The notes beneath the pieces are model-generated. The model saw only the letters and a list, made by a program, of their open reading frames with translations. It was not told where the DNA came from and searched no databases. Source: the human T2T-CHM13v2.0 reference genome, Homo sapiens. Taken from it: a stretch of 64,000 bases of DNA. Positions 1-25,358 of the stretch are shown piece by piece. A program made the position numbers and the translations under genes. Every line of letters begins with the position of its first letter. The stretch's first letter is position 1. The stretch is from NCBI RefSeq assembly GCF_009914755.1, contig NC_060946.1. One strand, given 5' to 3'.

Positions 1-3551
<3,551 letters not shown>

Positions 3552-4134
3552 TTACTCCCTTACCATTCCTCCCATACTTCTTAACTGTCTACAATGATGA
3601 AATTCTTCTACCTTTATATGAAAGATTAAAAGAAAATTTCTCCCATTTTCAAAAGAAATTCATTTCTAAACAACCAAGTATTTCTCAACCTTCACTCAGG
3701 TCAATACATAAAACCAATTCAACATTTAAGTAGACAGTTGTTAAATATACATATACACATATATTCATATGCATGTATAGATAAACACATACAGATAAAA
3801 TAGGAAGTTAGAAATAGCTAAATTTCTAACAGAACACTGGATAAAAATGCTATAAAATCATTAACGATAACCTAGATCTATGCACTGATGTGGAAAAGAT
3901 ATTCAAGACACAATTCTATTAACCATGACATTTAGGGAATAATTATAAAAGAATTTTACCTTCTTAAATATTTCTATAATTTCTGAATTTTTAAAAAAGT
4001 TAACCTTTATAATAATTATTTTTAAAAAATAAATTATAGAGAAAATATGCACATGTATGTAGATAAAGATATGGAAGGACAAGCACCCTATTCAGATTCC
4101 CTCCTCAACTTTTAAGGAACCCTGTTTTTATAAA

Positions 4135-4420
4135 TGGGCCCACCTAGATAATCCACCTACCTAGACAAGACAATCCAGGATAACCTTCCTATCTTTAAAG
4201 TCAGCTGATGGGCCTATTCGGGGCATACCACACTGCCCGTGGATTAGCCCTGCTCTGTAAGGAGCAGTTAAAAAAAAAATAAGGTCAGCTGATAAACAAT
4301 CTTGATTGTATCTGCAACCATAATTCCTGTTTGCCAGGTAACCTAACATAGTTATAGGCTCTAGAAATTAGAATACAGCCATGGGGGTGGGTGGGGGGTC
4401 ATTATTCGGCCTATCATGGT
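4135..4420 (-). mobile_element. MaLR LTR fragment (MLT1-type)
   Basis: gggcccacctagataatcca..ggataacct..gtcagctgat..ctgcaacc..aacctaacata..cattatt..gcctatca is typical of a reverse-oriented MLT1. Confidence 0.7.
4196..4293 (+). mobile_element. Short A-tailed retro-insertion (~60-nt body plus A10) with a 14-bp TSD, inside the MLT1 fragment
   Basis: TAAAGTCAGCTGAT (4196-4209) and TAAGGTCAGCTGAT (4280-4293), 13/14 identical. A-tail at 4270-4279. Confidence 0.8.
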
Positions 4421-4734
4421 TTTATAACAGCATGAAGTTTTAAAAACTAGCTGCCTAATATATTTAACAGGTACACGTTAAATGGGAATAAAGAATAATA
4501 CAATTATTAAACGAAGCTAACCTAAAAAAAAAAAAAGGATAAAAAAATCAAATGTATCACTTTTTTTTTTCATGGGTACTCTAAAAAATCTTTGCTTAAC
4601 ATAAGGTCATGAAGATTCTCTCCTGTTTTCTTCTTGAAGGTTAATAACTTTAGGCCTTATATTTAGGTTTATGCTCCATTTTGAGTTTTGTAAATTTTGC
4701 ATATGGGTGTCTAATTGTTCCAGCACCATTTGCT

Positions 4735-5486
<752 letters not shown>

Positions 5487-5701
5487 TTAAAATTAGCAAA
5501 GAAACCAAAAGGTGGAGAACTAGACCGTCATTACCAGGTTCCCTTACTGCACTGCCACTGTTTCCAAAAAAAAAAGGGGGAAGACAACAATTCAGAGTGA
5601 GCACTAAAGAAAGCATTATCCAATAGCCATAGGCTCATTTTTCAGGCTAGTGACCTAACAATTTAACAAATAAACGCGAAGCTAAGCCTAAGAAAAAACT
5701 A

Positions 5702-5869
<168 letters not shown>

Positions 5870-6158
5870 TTAGCTATTAGTTATCAGGACCAAGGTAAAT
5901 GACTACACACCATCAACTCTGAGTCGGAATGAACCCTGATAATTGATATGAGCCGTTGCTTATCACCACTCCTGATGTTTACCTTTCTTATGTTTTTACA
6001 CAAAAGTCCTTAACATTTTAAATCAGAGAAGGTTAAAAATTCACACCTACCACAGGTTAAAGAGTATATTAGAACTCTTCTTAATTTAATGAAGTGACTT
6101 TGATGTAAGCTGTACAAACTTGAGTAAATCTAGCTCCTGAAGGGCTCGGGAACCTTAC

Positions 6159-6273
6159 CCAAAATGTGGTTCAGCTGGTCAAGATAATGCTTCCCTGGAA
6201 AGATGGGCCTGTTAGAAAGCATTTCTGCCAGAATGCAGCCTACAGACCAAATATCAATGGACTTGGTGTAGCC
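6159..6273 (-). CDS. MAPK1: MAPK1/ERK2 coding exon 5 (115 nt): [38 protein letters not shown](G)
   Basis: Subdomain IX DIWSVG motif. Acceptor tctcctgcag|GGC; donor G|gtaagg. Confidence 0.99.
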
Positions 6274-6471
6274 CTGCAGGAGAAAGAGAGAAAAGACTGA
6301 AAATGGTATCTGGTGTTACAGGACATGATGAGATCTTCCTGTATGACAGGTGCATTGCTGATGGGACTCTGAACTTCTCCTTTGACTCTACAATTCAGAA
6401 ATACAAGTAAACAACATGGAAAAGCAAAAAACAATTTGGCTTTCTTATGAGAGGCTGAACAACCAAGATTA

Positions 6472-8885
<2,414 letters not shown>

Positions 8886-9115
8886 CGAACCTGGTCTTAA
8901 AACAAGCAAGCAAACAAGCAAACAAACATAACTCATGACAGTACAACATGTGAACCTGTGCCCAGGTCGGGGGGTGGTTTGGGTGGGGTATAGTTCAAAG
9001 GTTATTGGGATAATATCTAAAATGTGAATATAAACTGTGCATTAGATACTGAATCAGTATTAAGTTTCTTGATTTTGAAAACTGTACTGTGGTCATGTTA
9101 GAGAATACTCTTAAG

Positions 9116-9300
9116 GCAGGGTTTTTCAACCTCGGTATGACTAACATTTTGGGCTGAGAAAGTTTCTGTTTGGAGGGCTGTTCTGTATATCGTAGGATTT
9201 TTAGCAGCATCTCTGGCCTCTTGATGCAGGGAGTACCCCTACCCCTCACTGTGACAACCCTGCCACATGTCCCCAGGGAACAACAGGACCATGGTTTGAA
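9116..9300. mobile_element. MER20 (hAT-Charlie MITE)
   Basis: cagggtttttcaacctcgg..actaacattttgggctg..gatttttagcagcatctctggcctc..tgtgacaacc matches the recalled MER20 consensus. Confidence 0.75.
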
Positions 9301-9911
9301 GTAAAGACATACTGAAACAAGGTGAAGGGGTGTATCTACAATTTACTCTCAAATGACTCAGAGTGCGTGGGAGTGCCCACACACATGCACACAAAGAATG
9401 ATAAAGCAAATGGGGCAAAAGATAAAAAATCGGTGAGCCTGAATCTGGGGTAAAGGGTATTTAGGAGTTCTATCTGGCGGTTCTACAAGAGTGTTCCAGA
9501 GACTCCTATGGGTTCCCTCTAGAGGATCTGAGAGGTCACAGTACATTTATTATACTACTATGACATTTTCATCCTTTTCAGTCACGAGTGAAAAGGAGAT
9601 TTTTCCAGATGCAATATGATGAGTGATGATGTGTACATGAAAATGTGACACTTGGAATATCTGTGTAACTCAGTGAACCAGTATTTTCCAAATACGCTAA
9701 AAAATCATGCATGAGTATGAGTGCAAGGTAGACTAATGGATTTTAACGAAATAGTATCAAGAATTCACTGATATGATTTCAGATTCCACACTGCAATTAA
9801 CCTTTAAGAAACCACCACTTGTTTAAACTGGGGGTAGGATCAAAGAATAGCCACAAGTGGCTGAAAAGACTACTAAAATTTCCCTCCTTTTTCCAGCTAC
9901 ATACCTGTGTG

Positions 9912-10407
9912 AAGAGTTTTCCTCTGGCCATACCACCCTGAACACGCCCGATCTTGTCTGATCTCGGAAGCTAAGCAGGGTTGGCCTGGTTAGTGCTTGG
10001 ATGGGAGGAATAGATCTTGAATTTCATAAATAGCACTCAGACATCTATTTTTAGGCTTATTTGTAAATGTCTTGATAAAATGTCTGATTACTGTTACATA
10101 CTAGGGAAAAATCTCACTTTTTTGTGTGTTATGCTTTTAAGCATAGATTTTGTTTGCTAAAATGTTATTTAGAATTTTGCATGTATTTTTCACTGGCTTG
10201 CGATTTTTCTTTTTATATAACATCTTTTTTAAAGGGTCTTTATTAATATTGCACTCAAGTTTTCTTCTGTTTTCTATGCTCTGAATTCAAGCAGTTAAAA
10301 TCCATGGGAAAGAGTTTTCCTTGACATTTTTGAAGAACTATGCATGTAATATTATATTGATTATTAAATTGATTAAAGCCTGAAAAAAAAAAAAAAGAGT
10401 TTTCCTC
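9912..10407 (+). mobile_element. Chimeric retrotransposed insertion: 5S head, ~375-nt AT-rich body and poly(A), with a 13-bp TSD
   Basis: AAGAGTTTTCCTC at 9912-9924 and 10395-10407. ATTAAA at 10363 and 10372. A-tract at 10383-10396. Confidence 0.85.
9925..10007 (+). pseudogene. 5S rRNA pseudogene (nt ~6-89 of 5S), 5' part of a chimeric retrocopy
   Basis: TGGCCATACCACCCTGAACACGCCCGATCTTGTCTGATCTCGGAAGCTAAGCAGGG...TGGATGGGAG matches mammalian 5S rRNA with about 6 changes, mostly CpG decay. It is 3' truncated. Confidence 0.95.
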
Positions 10408-10559
10408 ATGAACTTAAACCAAAACAACATATTTGACAGACTGAATGCAGAACCAGATGAGAATCCAACTGTCTTCTATTAAGCCAGACATTAAAGAGAC
10501 TTGCAAAAATGAAAACAATGCCACTCTTCTCACTAAAAGGTTGTTTTTCGTTTTGCTTT

Positions 10560-13230
<2,671 letters not shown>

Positions 13231-13630
13231 CAACTTTTCTTTAAAAAATTTTTTTTCTTTCCTAAACAAGCTAAAACAGCGCAAGTTTTCTGAAAGCTGA
13301 AATTCTATAAAACGTTACAAATATGTACACAGAGTGCTCTAGCTTCTCAAAACTGGGACAATATGAGTTTAAAAAAAAAAAAAGAAAGAAAATTAAAATG
13401 GAGAACACATAAAAAAAAAATCCTGGGTCTGCAATAGTGTTTTAAAAACAAAGGTAGGATACAGAGGAAGAGAAAGGGTAAATGGGAAAAATCTTCATAG
13501 GAGAATTCTAGCTAATACAAGTAAAAGAAAGAACAAATTTAGAAAATTACCATTTTATAACCTCCAGTATGATAACTGACAGAAGTGAGTGCTGAACCAC
13601 TGGGGGAAGGCTGCTGGGAAACAAGGATGG

Positions 13631-13723
13631 CCATCCTGGCTAACATGGTAAAACCCTGTCTCTACTAAAAATACAAAAAAATTAGCCGGGCGTGGTGGCG
13701 GGCACCTGTAGTCCCAGCTACTT
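13631..13723 (+). repeat. Internal AluY-like fragment with no head, tail or TSD
   Basis: ccatcctggctaacatggt...tacaaaaaaattagccgggcgtggtggcgggcacctgtagtcccagctact embedded in non-Alu (old L1-like) sequence. Confidence 0.85.
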
Positions 13724-15751
13724 CTGCACCGTCTTCAGGAATCTGTAGTGGTCGTGTTAGAAACGTGCAAGCTACATCTCATCAGAAAGAACTCACTGGA
13801 GGAATCCACAATGTGAACCACTCTGTGAAACAACTGATCTGTACATTGCAAAGTACTGAATGTCTTAAAGAAGAGAGGAAGGGCAAGACTGTTCTAGACT
13901 AAGAATAATGCATGAAACAATTAAATCATGTGTTGAAAACAGAGTTACCTAGACTTTTTTGGGAGGATGGGATGTCATGGAATTAATGCTGATCATTTTA
14001 TGAAAGGGTAAGGGTACTCTAGCTGTGGGAAGAACACCTTCCTTGTAAGGAGCATTAGTATGCCCCAAAGGGTCTAGGAGTGAAGTGTTATATGTTGGTG
14101 AAGTGTCACATGGTCTGACAAAAGAGAAGAGACAGAAGAAGAAAGAGAGAGAGAAAGGAAAGAGTAAGAGAGGGAAAGAGGGATAAGAAATATGACAAGG
14201 TGTTAATAGCTGGAGAACCAAGGACAGGGGCATATGGGTATTCACTCTACTCTCAATTTTTCTATGGGTTTGATAATTTTCTACATTAATAAAAATAAAC
14301 AAAATGAAGACAACTGCTAGAAGTAACATTCTCAGGCTACAGGTATCGCAAATAAGAAAAAAATGAACACTCAATTTTCACTTTGGTGACCCTGCAAGTA
14401 GAAGGAAAAGCTGGTCATCTTGAAGAACACCCTCTCTGGCTACTTCTCCCTGGAGGGTAATAGAGAAGTGGAGACAGTGGGGGCGTCTAAGTCAGAACGG
14501 AGACTGCAAGACCAAGCCACACCAGGACAAAGGCACACCAACAGCTCCCTTTACAACTGGCACTGAACACTGGCATGCCAATGCTCCTTGTTTAGAATGG
14601 CTGTCACGTGGCCAGTCAGAGAAAGAACCTGTTGTGTGGGATTATTTGTGATATAGAATTACAGAGAATCAACATGGCATTTTCTTCTCTGAAACATCTG
14701 TTACACCAAATCCTTCTTTATAATGGAATTTATGTTAATGAGATTTTACTTTTATAACTAAACTGAACAAATGTAGGATATCAAGAAAAACTAAATGCTT
14801 TAAACAAATTCCATTTCCTTATGAAAAAATCTAATAGCTTATCTGTACTAGTAATAAAGGATGGAGGAAGAAAAAGAAGACTATAAGCTAATTAGACCTG
14901 TTCTTTCATTTCCACTAAGCCTCTCAGGACTATTTCTGGTTCCTGGGCCCTAGATACAAGATCCAATGTCTATTTTTATTGCTTTTCTTCAAGTATCTTT
15001 ACATGACAGCAGAGGAAACTGTGTTTAAGAATCTTATAATCCTGAGATACTAGATACAGGTAGTATGTCAGGCCTACTTAACTACTCAATTTTCACACCT
15101 TATTCATATATTATTTGCAAATAACAGAAAAATACTGAATCTCAATCTCCATAGCAGCCCTCAATTTTTGCCTCCTGGCTCATAAACCCAACAAAAAATG
15201 TCAGACTTCACTTTTCTGGGCTTTTGTAAACTTATTCAACCATTTCTTATGACCAAGACACAGACCTTGCTAGTAGAGTGTGGATGAGACCTGGATGCAC
15301 TCTCTATAGCCACTCACAGATGCAGAGGAAAGCACTTCATTTGGAAGCAGGAAATCACGTAATTTCAAAAGAATCCACGGCAGTTCCTACTCTGTCCACA
15401 TTTATGTTTTCTTCAAGTACAACAAATTACAATATAATTCTGCCGAAGAGACATTCTTCATTATCAGATAAATTTGACCTTTATAGAATAGCCCTGGCCC
15501 ATGTTCACAGAAATACACATTACTGAATAACCTCTACAACAAACCCAGCCTGCACCTAACAGTGACAGCGATAGGTAGGACTTCAGGACAGCTGTCCAAG
15601 GAGTGAAACACAGACCACTTATGGTAACAGTGACTGGAGAGGCACACCCCCTCCTACTCTACAACCGTCAGCACTATATCAGCTGAGGTAGAGAGGCTGA
15701 GCCCTAGGGCCCAGAAGTTCAATGCCGAACAAAATTTAGACAGCACCTTGG

Positions 15752-16370
<619 letters not shown>

Positions 16371-16478
16371 GACAGCACCTTGTCTCTGGCCAGACAGGCA
16401 AACTCTCAACGCAGAGGGAGACTTACGGCTTACTGCAATGCATTCAGAAAGTTCTCTTACTTACTGGATTTCTTTTTA

Positions 16479-16613
<135 letters not shown>

Positions 16614-18419
16614 CTAAGAGAGAAAAAAAACAGGATAACTTCTTAGAAATTCTAACCTTTCATATCAAAACATCACAAAAATAAAAAAGGCAATAGGAAT
16701 AATAATGCTACTAAGTGGCAGATACTTTCTGGGCATTCTAGAAAATCATTATTTAATTTTCCCAACAACCTGAAAAGCAATCAACATGTTAGAGACCAGG
16801 ATGCAGGCTGAAGAAGTCTTTACAGAGCACACTTTAAGAAGCATCCCTACCTTTCATTATCTGCTTAGCACAAAGCAATCTCAATAGGTGAATTGACAAA
16901 AACTGTTCTGAGTAGTCACCAAAACCAACCAGTACCCTTTTCTCAGCCTGTCCTGCTGGAGCTCTCAGGACTGCTGTGAAGATCTGCACTGGCCTTCTAT
17001 TCTCAGACTCTACTTTCTGCTAGTCTTCTACTTAGTCTATAAATATAAGTATTTCCAAAGATTCTTCCCACTTCCTTCTTCTAGGTAGTCAAACCTACTC
17101 CCAAAGCTTTTTTTTTTTTAAAGTTTCATATACTTAAGAATATTTTATTTTTAAAAAATACATAGTTTCTCATTTTCTCCGGTCTCAAGCATCTACTGGC
17201 CTTTCATCATCTGGCCCTCCAATATCATGGTGTGGCTTATTTTCTATTTTTAGTAGAGATGGGGTTTCACCACGTTGGCCAGGCTGGTCTCGAACTCCTC
17301 ACCTCAGGTGATTCAACCACCTCAGCCTCCCAAAGTGTTGGGATTACAGGTGTGAGCCACCATGCCTGGCCATGATTTTTTTTTAAGGTCTGTCAACACT
17401 ATAAAATCAAAGACTAACCAAATTTACATGACACTAATCAATACAATGCCAAGGCTACAAAATAAAAAAGCAGTAGTACTCAGTATAATTCCATACAAAG
17501 GAAAATAAATAAGGATATGGTACAAGAAAATATACCTTTTGGGCTGTGTAAATTCAGATTTTCAAAAACAAAGGATGCCCCAAAGACGTGTTTCATTTGT
17601 ATCTATCAGAGTCTTTCTTTCATAGGCATAGCCAGAATTTTCACATGTTGTGATCCCAGCATCTTGTGACTCCTACTGGGATTTCTGTGGGATCAGTCTA
17701 GTAAACAAGGGCACAGACTAGTATAGCTCACGTTCCCTGGTAGTTACACTAGAAATGTGCTAGCAGAGCCTCCAAATAGGGTCTGTAACCCTGGTGAGTT
17801 CCTGTGGTCCTGAAGAATAAAGTCTACAAGAGAGGATCCCGGAAGGGTCCTAAGATGTCAATGTCTGCTGGGTCTTAAGCTTCATAAAATAAGTGCAAAG
17901 CATGTTTATGGAAACCAAAAAGCAAGCTTATTTCTGTCGGCCTTGACTGATAACAGAGCCAAAAGTTAAAGGTCTAAGACACTGATAATAGCTGATATCG
18001 ATAAGGGTTCAAGATATTTTGGTAAGGGTTCAAGAGTAAAAAACACTGTAACATAGAAGTCATTGGATGAAGGTTGAAGAAATCTTCTTGAAAATCTGAA
18101 AGGACCTAAATAACAGGAGGTCAGTGACGCTGCAAGTTACAAACTTCCTAGGCCAAGGGGCCTGTGGGAATAGGCATCATGGTCACATGGCACTGAGGAT
18201 GTGATAAATGTGCAGTGATCCCAGAGCTCCAGCAAACACAAGTCCTCTCCTCATGTGGTGTTCTCAACTGTCATATGCACACTGAACTGCCACTGCCTCT
18301 TGCCCTGCTTTGACACGCTCACTGTAACAAATCAGTGACATACCATACTCATCTTTGAATGAGATTCTCTCTTCTCGCATTTATACCCATGAGAATGATG
18401 CACACACATTGCTGTATAC

Positions 18420-19076
<657 letters not shown>

Positions 19077-20219
19077 TTAGTCAATTTGTTATGCTTCTGA
19101 TTCTTTGTGTTAACTTGGGTTTTCAAGACGATGCCTAAATTATGCCACGGCCAACAACTCGTGTGTGTGAGTGTGAGTAGGTGAACAGAATGGCCTTAAA
19201 GACAAGTCCATAAACTGGGAAGAGACAACAGAGAGAGTAGTCTGGTTCTATTTGTTTTATTCTTAAAGATGAACACTTTCAAGCAAAAATAAGAGCCAAT
19301 TCTTCCCAGAAATGTTATATGCTTAAAATATTGATTGAGAATGTCTCTCCAAAAACAAAAGCAATCTGCCATAACAGGGCTATGATGATAACCAAAAGAA
19401 AAAAAAAACACGAGGAGACATAAAAATATTCACTGCAAATTTTCAAGACAATCATTAAGTGCCAAAGAAGTAGTACAGCCATCCTAAACATAGCTTTATT
19501 CGTTTTGTGCCCACCTGACTCTTGGTTGCACTGATCCAGGTAAAGGAGCTGGTTCCATCCCATGTGGAAAAGACATAAACCTGTATCAGAAGGATCCTAA
19601 GAGGGGACAGAGTCCAATCCACACAATATCTGATGAAGGAAGCTGTCCTTTACATCTCACTGGACATTGGCCACCGTGTTCACCCACCGTGACAAAACCC
19701 ACCGCTTTTTACACACAGTTCTAGAAGGTTCCCCACGATCTACTTGCAACCAACCTTTTTAGCTTAGTGTCGATGACTCCCTATTACTCATCCAATGCTG
19801 CAGCCACAGGGAGGAAGACTCAGTGCTTTCGGTAGTAGTCCCTTCCTTCTTATTTTATTTCTGTACTCTCTGCCTATGATACCCTATGTCCAATAGAGCC
19901 ACTGGCCTCCCGCAAGAAAAGCTACCCAACCTCGAGGGCCGGCACAGATACCACCTTCTTCCTGCTGCCTCCCAGTCCCAGCCAGAGCTAGCCCACCTCT
20001 CTCCTTTGCATTTGTACACCATCTTTTTCTCCATCTCAGTTACAGAACATCTCATTATAATCACCTACTGTCTACCAGATTTCTGATCTATCAGTTTTCA
20101 GATTTCAAGGGCAGACCCTCATCTCTCTTGTCTGGCGTATCTCAAAGGGCTTCTCATAGGAGTGTCTGTTGAACTGAAATCCAATAAATGATTATTGCTA
20201 TACATATATATGTACTTAA

Positions 20220-21990
20220 GCAGCTTTATTAACCTATAATTCACACACCATACAATTTGCTCATTTAAAGTGTATAACTCAATGGTTTTAGTATTATAAT
20301 GGTGGAAATTAACCATTACCACCATCCAATTTGAAAATATTTTTATAACCTCAAAAAGAAATTCCAGTGAGTTAGTATTCCTTCCTTCTTTATTCTCCCA
20401 ACTCCTCTAGCCCTAGGCAATCAGTAATCCACTAATTCTAATTTTTGTCTCTATGGATTTGCCTATTCTAGACATTTCACGTAAACAGAATCATACAATA
20501 TGTGTCTTCTGTGGCTGCCTTCCTTCACAGACATGTTTCCAAGATTCATCCATGTTGTAGCATTATCAGTACTTCACTCCTTTCTCTTCTACTGTGTGGA
20601 TCCACCACACTGTATTTATTCATCATCAGCTGGACATTTGGATTGTTTCTACTTACTGGCTATAGTGAACAATACCACTATGAAGATTTGTGTTCAAGTT
20701 TTTGTATAGATGCATGTTTTCATTTTCACTAAGGAGTGGAATCCTCACCAACACTTATTATCTGACTTTTTAACTACAGCCATCCTAGTTAGCATGAAGT
20801 TGTTTCAATGTAATTTTGATTTGCATTTTTCTACTGACTAATGATGTCAAGCATCTACCATTCCATGTGCTTATTGCCATCTGTATATCTTCTTTAGAGA
20901 AATGTCTATTCAGATCCTTTGTCCATTTTTTAAACTAGGCTATTTATCTTTTCATTATTGAGTTATAAGAGTTCTTCATATATTCTAGTTTTAAGTCCCT
21001 TATCAGATGTATGATTTGCAAATACCTTCTCTCATTCTGTGGCTTGCCTTTTCACTTTTTTGATGGTTTGCTTTGTAGCACAAGTTTCTAATCTTGATGG
21101 AATCCACTTACTTTTTTCTTTTGTTGCTTGTGCTTTTGGTGTCATGTCTAAGAAGCTTTGCCTAACATAAGATTGCAAAGATTTACTTCTATGTTTTCTA
21201 AGAGTATTAAAGTTTTAGCTTTTAATTGAGTTCTTCAATCCATTTTGAATTTTTTTTTCCTTTTGAGACAAGGTCTCACTCTGTCACCCCAGATGGAGTG
21301 CAGTGGTGCAATCTCTGCTCACTGCAATTTCCACCTCCCAGGCTCAAGCAGTCCTCCCACTCAGCCTCCTGAGTAGCTGGGACCACAGGCACATGCCACC
21401 ACGCCCAGATTAATTTTTTTGTATTTTCGGTAGAGATGGGGTTTTGCCATGTTGCCCAGGCTGGTCTTGCTCCGGAGCTCAGGCAATCCACAGGCCTTGG
21501 CCTCCCAAAGTGCTGGGATTACAGGCGCGAACCACTGCACCCAGCCATTTTGAGTTAATTTTTTCATCTTTTTGTATGTGGCTATTCAGTTGTCCCAGAT
21601 TCATTTGCTGAAAAGACTATTCTTTCCCCAGTGAATGGTCCTGGCATCCTTGCCAAAAATCAGTTGACCATAGATACACGGGTTTATTTACTGACTCTCA
21701 CTTCTATTCCACTGACCTATATGTCTATTCTTATGCCAGTAGCACACTGTCTTGATTACTGTGTTTTGCAGTAAGTTTTGAAATCAGGAAGTGTATCAGT
21801 TCTCCATATGAATTTCCATATGAATTTTGGGATCAGCCTGTCAATTTCTACAGAAAAAAACAACTGGGGGCTTTGATAGGGATTGCACTAAATCTGCAAA
21901 TCAATTTGGAGAATACTGCCATCTTAACAGTATTAAGTCTTATGATCCACAGACATGGGATGCCTTCCCATTTATTTAGGTCTTCTTGAA
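20220..21990 (-). mobile_element. L1MB-type LINE 3' UTR and ORF2 end, interrupted by an Alu at about 21250-21546
   Basis: cagctttatt..ataattcaca.accatacaattt..catttaaagtgta 3' end, then ORF2-like sequence. ORF 21848..22105(-) reads EDLNKWEGIPCLWIIRLNTVKMAVFSKLICRFSAIPIK. Confidence 0.88.
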
Positions 21991-22274
21991 TTCCTGTGCA
22001 TTTTTTTAGACTGAATCGACATCGCTCCGTCACATCTAAGATATCCATAAATTTCCCTCGTTTACCTGTAACACCCATTAAAACAGAAATATGTAAATGC
22101 TGCATATTTTCAGAACTCTGAGGACTGTAAAGAATTTGGGGTTTTCTTATTTAGTTGGAATGCCTTATTAGGTATTAAAGTCAGTGACGTTAAGTTTTCT
22201 GCTGCTATCTTTTGAATAAAATTTATTGAAGAAAAATGTCACCAACAAAACATGATTTTAAAACTAACACATAA

Positions 22275-23140
<866 letters not shown>

Positions 23141-23314
23141 GTATCTCTGGGGAGAAAGGAGCAATGGGATAAGGAAGAAGAAGAGGACTACCACACTTTA
23201 TTAGCATTTTTGCCATAAACATGTTTTTGGGTATTTCTGGTGTAATTTAAAATATGAATAATGACAAATATAACTATGCTTCAGTGAAAGGGTTTTTCAA
23301 TATATATCACCTTA

Positions 23315-25358
<2,044 letters not shown>

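Noticed and set aside
9925-10007. Functional 5S rRNA gene
   Set aside because: It lacks the first 5 and last ~30 nt, shows CpG decay, and is a solitary TSD-flanked copy.
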